A stretch of 64,000 nt of DNA. Origin: an uncultured bacterium. GTDB taxonomy: Bacteria > Nitrospirota > Thermodesulfovibrionia > Thermodesulfovibrionales > CALJEL01. Both the position numbers and the translations under genes were made by a program. Of the stretch, positions 44,489 through 54,227 are shown in pieces (position 1 is the first letter of the stretch; each line of letters begins with the position of its first letter). Under the pieces are notes generated by a model. The model worked only from the letters and a program-made list of their open reading frames with translations, was not told where the DNA came from and did not search any database. The stretch is from positions 1,554 to 65,553 of the forward strand of contig CALJEL010000023.1 in the NCBI GenBank assembly GCA_938074335.1, in the 5' to 3' direction.

Positions 44489-45893
44489 TCCACCAGGGAT
44501 AGAGGGTTTAGCTGTTGGAAGGGTGCTTGGAAGCTTTGGTATCAATAAGGCTGACCAGGCATGGCCACCCTATGACCTGCAGATATTTGCAGGATACTGT
44601 AGAAAGAATGGTCATGAATATAAAATCATTGATGCCAACAATCTTAACATTTCCAGTGATGAACTTAAAGATAATATAAAAGAATTTAATCCCAACTGGG
44701 TTGTTTATCTTACCTGTTTTCAGACCTTTGAACTTGATGTAGGGGTTGCAAGACTTGCAAAGGAGGTTAATCCATCTATCAATACAGCCTGCATCTCCCT
44801 TTCTATATTCAGTGTGGAAGACCCTGAAGGCTTTATGAGGAGGCATCCCTATCTTGATTTTATAATATGGGGTGAGCCAGAGATCCCTTTAATGAGATTG
44901 ATTAACGGAGAAATGCCTGAGGTTATCAAAGGCCTGTATTATAGAAAAGATAGCAATATCTTTTTCACAGGAGAGGCAGAGAGGCTCAGAAACCTTGATG
45001 AGCTGGGGATACCTGTCCACAAAGATATGCCTTTCCATATCTACAGATGTCCCCTTGCAAAGAGAAGACCCTTAACCATAGTGAACTGTTCAAGGGGTTG
45101 TATTAACTGGTGTATTCACTGTCAGGCAGGCGCATTCCAGAAACCATTGAGATACAGGTCTTTAGAATCTGTCATGGAAGAAATAAGAGAGATAAAGACT
45201 CTTGGTATAAAAGAGATAAAATTTTATGATTGTTCTTTGCCCACAAATAGAGAGTTTACCATGAATTTATGTGAGAAGATGATAGAAGAAGGTTTTGATT
45301 TTACATGGCATTGTAATGCAAGGGCAGACAGGATTGACAGGGAGATCCTTAGATTAATGAAAAAAGCAGGCTGTCATACAATAAGCATAGGTTGCGAGAG
45401 CGCAGATCCCCTGATATTGAAAAACATGAGAAAAAATGAGACACCTGAAGAGATAGAGTATGCGGTTAGACTTGTTAAGGAATCAGGTATGAGGGTTCTC
45501 ATGTATCTCACCTTTGGACTGCCTGGAGAGACAGAGGAGACCATGGAAAGGACCTTTGACTTTGTAAGGCGTATGAAACCTGATTATGTCACCTTTGGCA
45601 TAGTGGTTCCTGCTCCTGGTACTCCCTTTTACAGGGAGTTAAAAGAAAAAGGTTATCTTGTCCAGAAAGAGCTTCACTGGCAGGATCCCACAGCCCTGCC
45701 ATCCTTTAATTATCCTCATCTCAGTGGAGACAGGATACTCCAATTCACAAGGGAGGCATATAAGAGATATTATCTTTCACCAGAATATATCCTCAGAAGG
45801 TTATTTTCCATAAGGACCTTTGATGAATTTGCTGCCTCTTTCTCAAATGCCCTGGCAATAATAAAGAGATATGTGCTTGGAGCAAGACACTGA
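44469..45893 (+). CDS. B12-binding-domain radical SAM enzyme (2 of 3)
   Basis: The N-terminus is MRVLLIDPPG. The Cx3Cx2C motif CINWCIHC lies at 45099-45122. It overlaps the upstream gene by 20 nt. Confidence 0.85.
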   Translation: MRVLLIDPPGIEGLAVGRVLGSFGINKADQAWPPYDLQIFAGYCRKNGHEYKIIDANNLNISSDELKDNIKEFNPNWVVYLTCFQTFELDVGVARLAKEVNPSINTACISLSIFSVEDPEGFMRRHPYLDFIIWGEPEIPLMRLINGEMPEVIKGLYYRKDSNIFFTGEAERLRNLDELGIPVHKDMPFHIYRCPLAKRRPLTIVNCSRGCINWCIHCQAGAFQKPLRYRSLESVMEEIREIKTLGIKEIKFYDCSLPTNREFTMNLCEKMIEEGFDFTWHCNARADRIDREILRLMKKAGCHTISIGCESADPLILKNMRKNETPEEIEYAVRLVKESGMRVLMYLTFGLPGETEETMERTFDFVRRMKPDYVTFGIVVPAPGTPFYRELKEKGYLVQKELHWQDPTALPSFNYPHLSGDRILQFTREAYKRYYLSPEYILRRLFSIRTFDEFAASFSNALAIIKRYVLGARH

Positions 45894-45895
45894 CA

Positions 45896-47026
45896 ATGGC
45901 TGTTGTACTTGTAACCGAAGAGGCAATTCCACCGGTTTATAGATTTTCTCTTACGGAAAAGCTTGCCATTGAACTCGCTGATAGGGGAGTAAAGGTCCAT
46001 CTTGTATGCAGAAAGGGTGAAGGAGAATTTCAGCATTATGGAGTTACCTGTCATCCTGTTCATGTAAAAGACTGGAGTCTTTTTAATCTAAAAAAAAGGG
46101 CAGAGGCTAACCTGAGTCTTGTCTTTAAGATATGGGAGGTCATGAGAAAAGATGACATAAAACTTGTGTATGGATGGTGGCCTGTTTTGTTTTTTTCAAG
46201 GATAGCAGGGAGCCCAGTGGCTGCAGATATGCCAGAATTTATAGATGTGATGTACAGGAGTTTTAATAAACCCCTTCATTTTCTCCTCTCACCCTTGCTC
46301 CGGTTTTTTCAAAGGACAGTAGCAACCATGAGCAGGGTTGTCATTACAGAGTCTGATATGGCAAGGGCTGTATGGGCAAGCAGGGGTATAGATTATAAAA
46401 AGACCTGTTCTATACCTTATGGAGTGGATGTGAATCATTTTATCTCTGTTGAAAAAGACAGGGATTTCAGAAAGAGATTTGAAATCTCTGAGGAAGAACT
46501 GCTCATTATGTATCACGGAGACATAGGCATAGATGATGGTGTTGATTTATTAATAGAGGCAACAGAGGGGCTTGATGCAAGGGTTGTAATAATAGGTGAG
46601 GGCGATCCGGGTTATATGAGACACCTCAGAAAGATAGCTCACAGCAGGGTAATATTTACAGGCTGGATTCCCTATAAGCAGATCCCTGGCATATTAAAAA
46701 ATGCTGACCTGTATGTGGCACCATTCAGGAGTTCCCTTTATACAAATACAACCTATCCTCTGAAGATAATGGAGGCAATGGCAGCAGCCCTGCCTGTGGT
46801 GGTATCCCATCTCCAAGCCTTATCCTTATATCTGAGGGATGGTAAGGATTCAGTCTTTTTCAAACCATCTGATATAGATGATATGAGGACAAAGATTATA
46901 TATTTGCTGAAGGATGAAGGGCAGAGGAGGCAACTTGGTCAGGAGGCCTTGAGAACTGCTCAAAAGTATTTTGACTACAGGTTAAGGATAAAAAGAGAGT
47001 CAGACCTGCTTTTAGGACTGTTATGA
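45896..47026 (+). CDS. Family 4 (GT-B, Glycos_transf_1-type) glycosyltransferase
   Basis: The C-terminal half shows LLIMYHGDIG, VIIGEGD and YPLKIMEAMAAALPVVVS, typical of GT4 retaining glycosyltransferases. Confidence 0.75.
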   Translation: MAVVLVTEEAIPPVYRFSLTEKLAIELADRGVKVHLVCRKGEGEFQHYGVTCHPVHVKDWSLFNLKKRAEANLSLVFKIWEVMRKDDIKLVYGWWPVLFFSRIAGSPVAADMPEFIDVMYRSFNKPLHFLLSPLLRFFQRTVATMSRVVITESDMARAVWASRGIDYKKTCSIPYGVDVNHFISVEKDRDFRKRFEISEEELLIMYHGDIGIDDGVDLLIEATEGLDARVVIIGEGDPGYMRHLRKIAHSRVIFTGWIPYKQIPGILKNADLYVAPFRSSLYTNTTYPLKIMEAMAAALPVVVSHLQALSLYLRDGKDSVFFKPSDIDDMRTKIIYLLKDEGQRRQLGQEALRTAQKYFDYRLRIKRESDLLLGLL

Positions 47027-48429
47027 AGATACTTTTAATAAATCCCTGTGGAACCCCCTTTGAGGTGTTATCACCACCATTGAATCTTGCCTATCTGGCA
47101 GGCTATGCCATGAAATTCTTTAATGATTGCGATTTTAAGATACTTGATTTTGAAAGAGACAAAATGGGTATGGAAAGACAGATAGAGGTAATAATTAGAG
47201 AGTCACCGGATATTGTAGGAATGACAGCCCTCAGCGCAAATGTTAGCGGAGCCCTTCAGCTTTCGCATGCGATTAAAAGATATGCTCCAAAGATAAAGAT
47301 AATCATGGGTGGTGTTCATGTTACTGCTACAAGGCCTGAGAGGATAGAGAATATAGATTGTGTGGTGTATGGCGAGGGTGAAAGGGCCTTTGTGGATCTT
47401 CTCCAGATGATAAGAAGGAGTGAGCCTCTGCCTTATAATTATTCTACTGAATTGCTTAAAGATATAGACATCATCCCTGCATGGGATCTCATAGATCTTT
47501 CAGCATATAAGTTCTTCGCTCCCTTCAAGAAACGAAGACAGGCCGTAGTCTACTGGAGTAGAGGATGTCCCTTTAATTGTGTCTTTTGTTCAAATGCAGT
47601 ATGGCGATTTAAGAACCCGAGGGTGAGATATAGAACTTCCCGGAATATTATTGAAGAGCTCTTGTTGTTGAAGAATAACTACAATGTTGGTGAGGTATAT
47701 GTATTTGATGATGAGATAAATACAAATCCTGAATGGCTTAAGGGTGTGGTAGAGGAAATTATCAGGAATAATCTTAAGATTTACTGGAAGTGTCAGGCAA
47801 GGGCAAGTGCCTCGCTCATTTCTTATGATTTGCTTTTAAAGATGAGAGAGGCGGGTTGCTGGCAGATTGCCTGGGGCATTGAAAGTGGAAGTAACAGGGT
47901 ATTGTCAGGTATAAGGAAGAGATTAAAGATTGAGGAGGTCCTTCATGCCCTGAGATTATCAAAAAAGGCTGGTATTGTTAACCAGGGCCTTTTTATGCTT
48001 GGTAATATATGGCTTGAGAATGGAACTGTTGAAGGTGAAACCCTTTCTGAGGCAGAGGAGACAATAGAATTTGCAAAGAGGTTAAGAGACGAAGGTCTTC
48101 TTGATTATATCCAGTTTAATGTAGCAACACCTTTTCCTGGTTCAGAGATGTACGAGATAGTACAGAAGTTCGGTCTTATGAAAAAGGATATCGATGAAAG
48201 TTTATATTTTGATACACACAGTCTTGTATTTGAGCATCCACGAATATCCTCCGAGGAGATGAAGAGGCTTCATAAAAAGGCATGGAGGGAGTTTGCCTTC
48301 AGTCCCTCACTTATAATAAGACATATCATGAGGATTAAATCCCTTGAGGATATTAAGAATTTAATCAGGAGTGCAGGAGTAGCTGCAAAGGTTGTTCTTA
48401 CAGGTCATGCAAGGCGGATAAAGAGATAA
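47023..48429 (+). CDS. B12-binding-domain radical SAM enzyme (3 of 3)
   Basis: The N-terminus is MKILLINPCG. The Cx3Cx2C motif CPFNCVFC lies at 47566-47589. The start overlaps the upstream stop as ATGA. Confidence 0.85.
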   Translation: MKILLINPCGTPFEVLSPPLNLAYLAGYAMKFFNDCDFKILDFERDKMGMERQIEVIIRESPDIVGMTALSANVSGALQLSHAIKRYAPKIKIIMGGVHVTATRPERIENIDCVVYGEGERAFVDLLQMIRRSEPLPYNYSTELLKDIDIIPAWDLIDLSAYKFFAPFKKRRQAVVYWSRGCPFNCVFCSNAVWRFKNPRVRYRTSRNIIEELLLLKNNYNVGEVYVFDDEINTNPEWLKGVVEEIIRNNLKIYWKCQARASASLISYDLLLKMREAGCWQIAWGIESGSNRVLSGIRKRLKIEEVLHALRLSKKAGIVNQGLFMLGNIWLENGTVEGETLSEAEETIEFAKRLRDEGLLDYIQFNVATPFPGSEMYEIVQKFGLMKKDIDESLYFDTHSLVFEHPRISSEEMKRLHKKAWREFAFSPSLIIRHIMRIKSLEDIKNLIRSAGVAAKVVLTGHARRIKR

Positions 48430-48433
48430 TAAG

Positions 48434-49399
48434 ATGTTGAAGGTCTCGGTCATCATACCTGTTTATAACAGGGCACATATAATAGGAGCTGTTATAGAGG
48501 CATTGCTTGAGCAGGAGCATAAGCCTCTTGAGATCATCATAGTGGATGACGGCTCTACGGATAATACCCGTGAGGTGGTTAAGTCATACCCTGTGAAATA
48601 TATCTATCAGGAAAACAGGGGCCCTGCCTCTGCCAGGAACAGGGGATTCAGGGAATCAAAGGGAGATATTGTTGCCTTTATTGATTCAGACTGTATCGCA
48701 AAAAAGGACTGGCTCAAGAATTTAATAAAGGGATTTGACTCGTCTGAGGTTGGTGCCGTTGCTGGCTCTTATGATATTGCAAATTCACAGAGCCTTCTTT
48801 CACGGCTCATACATGAGGAGATTAAATGGAGGCATTCAGGATTTAAAAGATTTATCCGTGCCTTTGGTTCTTATAATGTGGCAATAAGGAGAGAGGTCTT
48901 TGAGAAGGCAGGTGGATTTGACGAGTCCTACAGGACGGCAAGCGGTGAGGATAATGATCTTTCTTACAGGATACTGAAGGCCGGTTATAAGATAAGATTT
49001 GTACCCGATGCACTTGTTGCCCATTATCATACCGAAAATCTTTTTAAATACCTTAAAGAACAGTACAGGCATGCCTTCTGGAGGATGAAACTTTATAAAG
49101 ACCATCCTGACATGATAAGGGGAGATGACTATACAGGGTTGAAGGATGCGATTGAGATACCTGTCTCTGTTCTTTCACTTTGCGGTCTTCCGTTACTATT
49201 GACTCAATACAGTTTTTTTGAATTTCTTCTTTTGGGTTTCCTTGTCCTTCTTCTACTGCCCTTACCTGTAAGGATCAGCCTTCAGAAAAGGGATCCCAGA
49301 TACCTGATTATGGCTATGCTCTTTTTTTTCAGGGCCCTTGTAAGGGCTGCTGGGATGATGGAAGGAATAGTGAGATTCTGGCTTTTTAATAGAAGTTAA
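48434..49399 (+). CDS. Family 2 glycosyltransferase with C-terminal membrane segment
   Basis: Signatures are VSVIIPVYNRAHII, IIIVDDGSTDNT, IDSDC and SGEDNDLSYR. The C-terminus has hydrophobic helices. Confidence 0.8.
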   Translation: MLKVSVIIPVYNRAHIIGAVIEALLEQEHKPLEIIIVDDGSTDNTREVVKSYPVKYIYQENRGPASARNRGFRESKGDIVAFIDSDCIAKKDWLKNLIKGFDSSEVGAVAGSYDIANSQSLLSRLIHEEIKWRHSGFKRFIRAFGSYNVAIRREVFEKAGGFDESYRTASGEDNDLSYRILKAGYKIRFVPDALVAHYHTENLFKYLKEQYRHAFWRMKLYKDHPDMIRGDDYTGLKDAIEIPVSVLSLCGLPLLLTQYSFFEFLLLGFLVLLLLPLPVRISLQKRDPRYLIMAMLFFFRALVRAAGMMEGIVRFWLFNRS

Positions 49400-50184
49400 G
49401 GACTCTTTGTGATTTCTCCTTTCAGTCTTTTAATATTTCTTATTATCATCTCATTGTCAGGGTTTAATTGGTATGCCTTCTCAAAGGCCTTCAATGCTTC
49501 CTGCTTATTACCTGTTTCTGCATAGGCTGCACCGAGATTATTCCATGCCTCTGCTTTATCCGGTCTTTTCTCCGTTGCAATCCTGAATACCCTTATTGCC
49601 TCTTCTTTATTGCCCTGCCTCCAGAGGATGTTTCCCATATTGAGCCATGCCTCTATAAGGTCAGGGTCATTTTCCAATGCCATCTTATAATAATTCATTG
49701 CCTCAACCTCTCTTCCAAGTTTCTCATAGGCAAAGCCGATCCCCAGCAGGGCCTTTGCCTGGACGGGATTGAGCAATAAAACATTTCTATATTTCTCTAT
49801 TGCCTCTGTAAACTGACTGTTATTTATAAGTTGAGATGCCTCTGAGAGGAGGCTCTTTTCATCCCCGGGTTTAAGTGCCTTTGCTGCCATGAGATAGTTC
49901 TCTGCCAGTTCCTTTTTACCTGTTTTCTGTAAAAGGAGTCCGTAAGAGAAAAGGATGGTTGGCTCTGATGGATTTATATCAACAGCCTTTTTAAGATAAA
50001 AAAGAGCCTCATCTATCATTTTTCTTTCAATGGCATGGGTTGCGAGATTCACATGAGGTCTCAATTTGTTCGGAGATTTTTGGACTGTATCTTTCCAGAG
50101 GGTATAACCGTCCTGCCAGATGCTGTTTCTATGGAATGTAAGTACAGCGAGTAGTATTATGATAGGGATGAAAAAGTACCTCAT
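49396..50184 (-). CDS. Membrane-anchored TPR protein (TMTC-type TPR module)
   Basis: I prefer the start at Met22 of the track ORF (50184), which removes the overlap with 50205..50636. One TM helix is followed by HRNSIWQDGYTLWKDTVQKSPNKLRPHVNLATHA and TPRs. Confidence 0.65.
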   Translation of the reverse strand: MRYFFIPIIILLAVLTFHRNSIWQDGYTLWKDTVQKSPNKLRPHVNLATHAIERKMIDEALFYLKKAVDINPSEPTILFSYGLLLQKTGKKELAENYLMAAKALKPGDEKSLLSEASQLINNSQFTEAIEKYRNVLLLNPVQAKALLGIGFAYEKLGREVEAMNYYKMALENDPDLIEAWLNMGNILWRQGNKEEAIRVFRIATEKRPDKAEAWNNLGAAYAETGNKQEALKAFEKAYQLNPDNEMIIRNIKRLKGEITKSP

Positions 50185-50204
50185 CTTTTGATAGTATATC
50201 ATAT

Positions 50205-50636
50205 ATGAGAAACTTGATTTTAACCGTAATTCTAATTCTACTTCCACTACACTCCTTCGGTCAGGGAGGAGAGATAATAGACGCTGTTAAAAGATACAAT
50301 TCAACGCTTATAAAGGTCTATTCAACTCTTAATCTTAATCTGCTCAAGGATGTGGCAACAGTGGATGAGATGAGCAGGATTTTTCCCGTGGTGCAGGCCC
50401 TTGTGAACCAGAACAGCATTATGATTGCACAGCAAAGATATTTTGAGGTCAGGGATGCGAGAATAAAAGGAAAAAAGGCAGAGGTCATTACAGAGGAGAT
50501 ATGGTTTTACTGGTGGCAGGATAAAAAAAATAATACTATCACAAGGCCACCCCGTGAAGCTTACTATAAGATAAAATATCACCTGATAAAAGACAGAAAA
50601 ACATGGAAGGTGGATAAACTTGAGGAGATTAAATAA
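50205..50636 (+). CDS. Small secreted hypothetical protein
   Basis: Signal peptide MRNLILTVILILLPLHSFG. No recognisable domain. Confidence 0.5.
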   Translation: MRNLILTVILILLPLHSFGQGGEIIDAVKRYNSTLIKVYSTLNLNLLKDVATVDEMSRIFPVVQALVNQNSIMIAQQRYFEVRDARIKGKKAEVITEEIWFYWWQDKKNNTITRPPREAYYKIKYHLIKDRKTWKVDKLEEIK

Positions 50637-51480
50637 TTTTTTAATTATTAGCCTTGCCTTATTACTTATTTCTGCCTGTGAAGGTAAAAAGGATATACTT
50701 GTAAAAGTAGGTTCATCAGAGATAACAAAAGAGGATTTTGAGATTGCCTCCATGAGAAAGGCAGCCTTTTTAAATAAAGACTCCCTCAATGAAGAAGAAA
50801 AAAAGAAATTGCTGGACACAATGATTAAAAGGGAACTCCTTTTCCAGTACGCAAAGAAACATGGCATAAGGTTAAAAGAGGAGTTAATAAAAGCTGAGGC
50901 ACAAAAGGTCTACACCCCGGGCATGAGTATAAAGGAGAGACTATTTCTTAAAAGAGAAGTGGAGAAGAATCTATACATAGATGCCCTCAGGATGTCTATT
51001 GCAAAGGATATCAGGATAAGACCTGAAGACATAAAGGCATATTACAGGAAGAATATGAAGGAATTCAAAGAGCCTGATACTTATAGGGTATATCTCTTGC
51101 AGGTAAAGGAGTCTGATGCCCCCCATCTGATAGAGGCCTTTAATAAAGACCCTGAGTCCTTTGATAAAAATGCCCTTGAGAATGTCCCGCCTGAGCTTAA
51201 GGAATTAAACAGGCAGGCCCCTTATACACCTCTTGAGGGATTTCCTGATGAGATGGTCCCCTATCTTAAAAAAGCTGAGAAGGGAAAGGTTTACGGTCCT
51301 GTTAAGACCCGAAAGGGTATCTTTCTTTTTAAACTCCTTGATAAAAGACAGGGGAGGGTAAAGCCCCTGTCAGAGGCCTTTCATGAGATAGAACATTTCC
51401 TTATGGAAGAACAGATTCAGGCGAGGCTTTCAGAGATCTATTCAAGCCTGAAGGAAAAGGAGAAGATAGAGTTCAGATAG
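50620..51480 (+). CDS. SurA/PrsA-like lipoprotein chaperone with degenerate parvulin region
   Basis: The TTG start at 50620 follows AAGGTGGA. The lipobox is LLIS-A-C. The N-terminal region is SurA-like. The C-terminal part resembles a parvulin fold but lacks the GGDLG/GFHII-type motifs seen in 16010..16972. Confidence 0.6.
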   Translation: MRRLNNFLIISLALLLISACEGKKDILVKVGSSEITKEDFEIASMRKAAFLNKDSLNEEEKKKLLDTMIKRELLFQYAKKHGIRLKEELIKAEAQKVYTPGMSIKERLFLKREVEKNLYIDALRMSIAKDIRIRPEDIKAYYRKNMKEFKEPDTYRVYLLQVKESDAPHLIEAFNKDPESFDKNALENVPPELKELNRQAPYTPLEGFPDEMVPYLKKAEKGKVYGPVKTRKGIFLFKLLDKRQGRVKPLSEAFHEIEHFLMEEQIQARLSEIYSSLKEKEKIEFR

Positions 51481-51484
51481 GATT

Positions 51485-51500
51485 TGGCATGATATTTGCT
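51485..51500 (+). promoter_or_regulatory. Sigma54-type -24/-12 promoter TGGCATGATATTTGCT
   Basis: GG-N10-GC spacing. It lies 4 nt after the upstream stop and about 70 nt before the ATG at 51569. Confidence 0.6.
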
Positions 51501-51568
51501 TGTATATATGTGGTTGTATAAAGAAATATTAAAAAAAGCAGTTATTAGAGAGGTTTTAAAATAGCAAG

Positions 51569-52789
51569 ATGCGTGAAAATTCGCAGCCCTGTGACAAAAA
51601 ATGGAAAAAGGTCGCTAAACTGACCTTATTATTTACATTTATCTTTGTTCTTACAGCCCTGATATCTGTACTTTCCCTGTATTATATCTTTGGTATTACC
51701 TCAAGTAATGCAGTTATTTATTTTGTGAAGAATACAGATGGCAGTCTTAAGGTTACAAATGACCTCAATTTTGATGAGGCAAACAGATTACTTTTTATGG
51801 TTGATGGTAGTTGCCTGTGGAGATTTGTTGAGGGGGTTGCCGCAGCAATATTAAAAAAATCCCTGATTGAGGTTACATGGAATAATGAAGATGGTAATGG
51901 AGTTATAAAGGAATACAGGCCTGATGGAACAAGATTCCTGATCATCCTTTCCAGATACTCAGAAACAGAGGGCAGACCAAGAGGGCTCTTCATCGGAGGT
52001 GACCTTCCCTATGGAGATGTAGATAGATGGCTTGACAGAAGCAGGAACAATACAGGCATAGCCTATTATGATGGGCAAAAATGGCAGCATATATGGTGTT
52101 CCATTAATGAAGCCATGACTATAAAGGGTCTTGATGACATCTCCATAGGGCCATGGCGCTGGAGATATCTCGGAAGCAGGGTCCTTAAGTCAACTGCTTC
52201 AGAGGTTATTCTTGAGAGCCTTCATGAACTTCATCTTGTAAGAAATTCTCTTCCCATACATCTTAAAATGAAAAGGATACTCTTGAAGAGGGCTGCCGCA
52301 GATTACATAGTTCTTAAGGTGGAAATAACCAATATAGGAAATTCGGTGGTATATTATAATTATTCCTTTGGAGATGAGCCCTGGGTGGGAGAATTTGGAA
52401 GCTCTCTTGGAGATGTGGGATGGACATCTGGAAAGGTTTACAGGTTTGAAGGTTATATTTCACCTCAAAAAAACAGGTTTGCCGGTATCTGGGATTATGG
52501 GAATGATGAGGCAGGCGAACCCCACAGATTTTCAAATTTTGCAAATTTTGTAGAATGGCTGGATAATCCTCCTACAGTTGTTTATTTCTCTAACAGTTTC
52601 ACAGAGGTGGATGAAAACAGGTTACTCAACAGCTTTGATAACAGGGTGATTAATCTTGTCTGGCTCTACCAGTCTCTTATGCCAGGTGAGACGAGGACAT
52701 ATACCCTTGCCCTTGGCATGGCAAGGCCTGAACCCCTTACAGGGCTTCCTTTAAAACCTGATGTTATTCTCGCACCAGCAGGCTCTTAA
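51569..52789 (+). CDS. Membrane-anchored protein of unknown function (paralogue X1)
   Basis: One N-terminal TM helix is followed by a soluble domain of about 350 aa. It shares GVIKEYRPDG, PRGLFIGGD, GDEPWVGEFGSSLGDVGW, VVYFSN and NRVINLVW with 53085..54227. Confidence 0.7.
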   Translation: MRENSQPCDKKWKKVAKLTLLFTFIFVLTALISVLSLYYIFGITSSNAVIYFVKNTDGSLKVTNDLNFDEANRLLFMVDGSCLWRFVEGVAAAILKKSLIEVTWNNEDGNGVIKEYRPDGTRFLIILSRYSETEGRPRGLFIGGDLPYGDVDRWLDRSRNNTGIAYYDGQKWQHIWCSINEAMTIKGLDDISIGPWRWRYLGSRVLKSTASEVILESLHELHLVRNSLPIHLKMKRILLKRAAADYIVLKVEITNIGNSVVYYNYSFGDEPWVGEFGSSLGDVGWTSGKVYRFEGYISPQKNRFAGIWDYGNDEAGEPHRFSNFANFVEWLDNPPTVVYFSNSFTEVDENRLLNSFDNRVINLVWLYQSLMPGETRTYTLALGMARPEPLTGLPLKPDVILAPAGS

Positions 52790-53051
52790 ATTTAAGGAGC
52801 AATTTGAAACTCCACCATCCAGAGGCTGCACCAAGGAAGGCAAAGAGGATGTGCAATAGTAGTGAAAGGATTTTTATGAAAAGATTCGCTGGGTTAACAG
52901 GCAGGCCTGTTAGAATCTCTATGTCCTTTCCTATTGATTCTTCAAGACCTGTCATAGGGAAAATCATCTCCATGCCTTTGAAGATTGCAAGGGCTGTAGC
53001 ACAGCCTGCTATAGAGGAGATTATATAGCCTTTTGTGGGGAATAATTTCAT
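52764..53051 (-). CDS. Possible small membrane protein (95 aa)
   Basis: Two or three hydrophobic segments. It occupies the gap between the two paralogues on the opposite strand. No homology recognised, and a competing 74-aa plus-strand ORF looks less protein-like. Confidence 0.3.
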   Translation of the reverse strand: MKLFPTKGYIISSIAGCATALAIFKGMEMIFPMTGLEESIGKDIEILTGLPVNPANLFIKILSLLLHILFAFLGAASGWWSFKLLLKFKSLLVRE

Positions 53052-53057
53052 GTCTGA

Positions 53058-53066
53058 TGTTATAAT
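53058..53066 (+). promoter_or_regulatory. Extended -10 element TGTTATAAT upstream of 53085
   Basis: TGnTATAAT lies 18 nt before the ATG, with AAGGA between them. Confidence 0.4.
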
Positions 53067-53084
53067 AACAAAAAGGATAAAAAA

Positions 53085-54227
53085 ATGAGAAGCTATTCAA
53101 TACTTAAAAAGGTTGCGATTTTTTCAGGTTTAACAATCCTTGGCATATTCATATTCTTCTATGTCCTTTTGAGATTTTTTCATTTCAGTACAGGTTCAGC
53201 AGCTGTTTATCTTTTGAAGGACTCCAGTGGATTAAGGCTTACCAATGATATCTCCTTTTATGAAATTGATTCCCTTGTCTTCAAGATAGACCTCACGAAG
53301 ATTTTTAACAGGATATTTGAGACATCAGCCATGGCTACGGATACACCACTACTGGATATAAGTTTTAATGCCTCTACAGGAAGGGGTGTTATAAAGGAAT
53401 TCAGACCCAATGGTTCAATGATAGAAATTGCACTTTCCAGGTTTGATGACAGGGATATAAAACCGCGTGGTTTAATAATAGGAGGAGATTTTCCTCCAGG
53501 TGATTCTGGCCTTAAAAGAGAGGCAAGCGGCATTGCCTTTAATGATGGAAAGAGATGGTATCACCTCTGGTGCAACGCCAATGAGGGCATAGCGCTAACT
53601 GGTGGGAATGTCTACGAGACAACAAAGTGGGAATATCTTGGAGGGAAGATAATTAAGAGAACCTTTCGGGAATTTATTGCAGAAAGTCTCCACAGGGCTG
53701 ATCTTGATGGTAATGGTGTCTTGATAAAACGCAGACTGGAGGTGATAGCAGGTAGAAATTATATAGACCTGATAATTGATATTAAAAATCTTTCAGAAAG
53801 GGTTTTGATGATAGATTATGCCTATGGAGATGAACCCTGGATAGGTGACTACGGAACAAGCTATGGAGATGTGGGCTGGTATCCTGGCGGCTTGATAATG
53901 AACGAAACATATATAGATCCTTTAAAATATAATTTAGCCGGATTCTGGGATGCCGGTAACACTTTAGCAGGAGAGGCGGGAGACTTTACTGGATTTGCTA
54001 ATTATGTGCAATGGCTCGGGAAACCCCCCACTATGGTGTATTTCTCCAATGATTTTTATTCAGTCAACTCCGGTAAACCTCTTTCAAGTCCTGAAAACAG
54101 GCTCATTAATATTGTCTGGAAAGGGATGGTGCTTGCCCCTGATGAGGTGGAGAGATTATATCTTAGAATTGGTTTTTCAACCGAGCCTGTCAGAGAACTT
54201 TCAGAACTGGTGAGACTGATAAAATGA
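53085..54227 (+). CDS. Membrane-anchored protein of unknown function (paralogue X2)
   Basis: One N-terminal TM helix. It shares GVIKEFRPNG, PRGLIIGGD, GDEPWIGDYGTSYGDVGW, MVYFSN and NRLINIVW with 51569..52789. Confidence 0.7.
   Translation: MRSYSILKKVAIFSGLTILGIFIFFYVLLRFFHFSTGSAAVYLLKDSSGLRLTNDISFYEIDSLVFKIDLTKIFNRIFETSAMATDTPLLDISFNASTGRGVIKEFRPNGSMIEIALSRFDDRDIKPRGLIIGGDFPPGDSGLKREASGIAFNDGKRWYHLWCNANEGIALTGGNVYETTKWEYLGGKIIKRTFREFIAESLHRADLDGNGVLIKRRLEVIAGRNYIDLIIDIKNLSERVLMIDYAYGDEPWIGDYGTSYGDVGWYPGGLIMNETYIDPLKYNLAGFWDAGNTLAGEAGDFTGFANYVQWLGKPPTMVYFSNDFYSVNSGKPLSSPENRLINIVWKGMVLAPDEVERLYLRIGFSTEPVRELSELVRLIK

Noticed and set aside
50322-50867. 181-aa minus-strand ORF overlapping 50205..50636 and 50620..51480
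   Set aside because: Its composition is low-complexity and Phe/Ser/Leu-rich. It is antisense to two ORFs that have a signal peptide or lipobox and SD signals.
52804-53028. 74-aa plus-strand ORF in the gap between X1 and X2
   Set aside because: It is highly basic with odd composition and lacks an SD. The opposite-strand 95-aa ORF at least shows hydrophobic helices, but it is itself only a low-confidence call.
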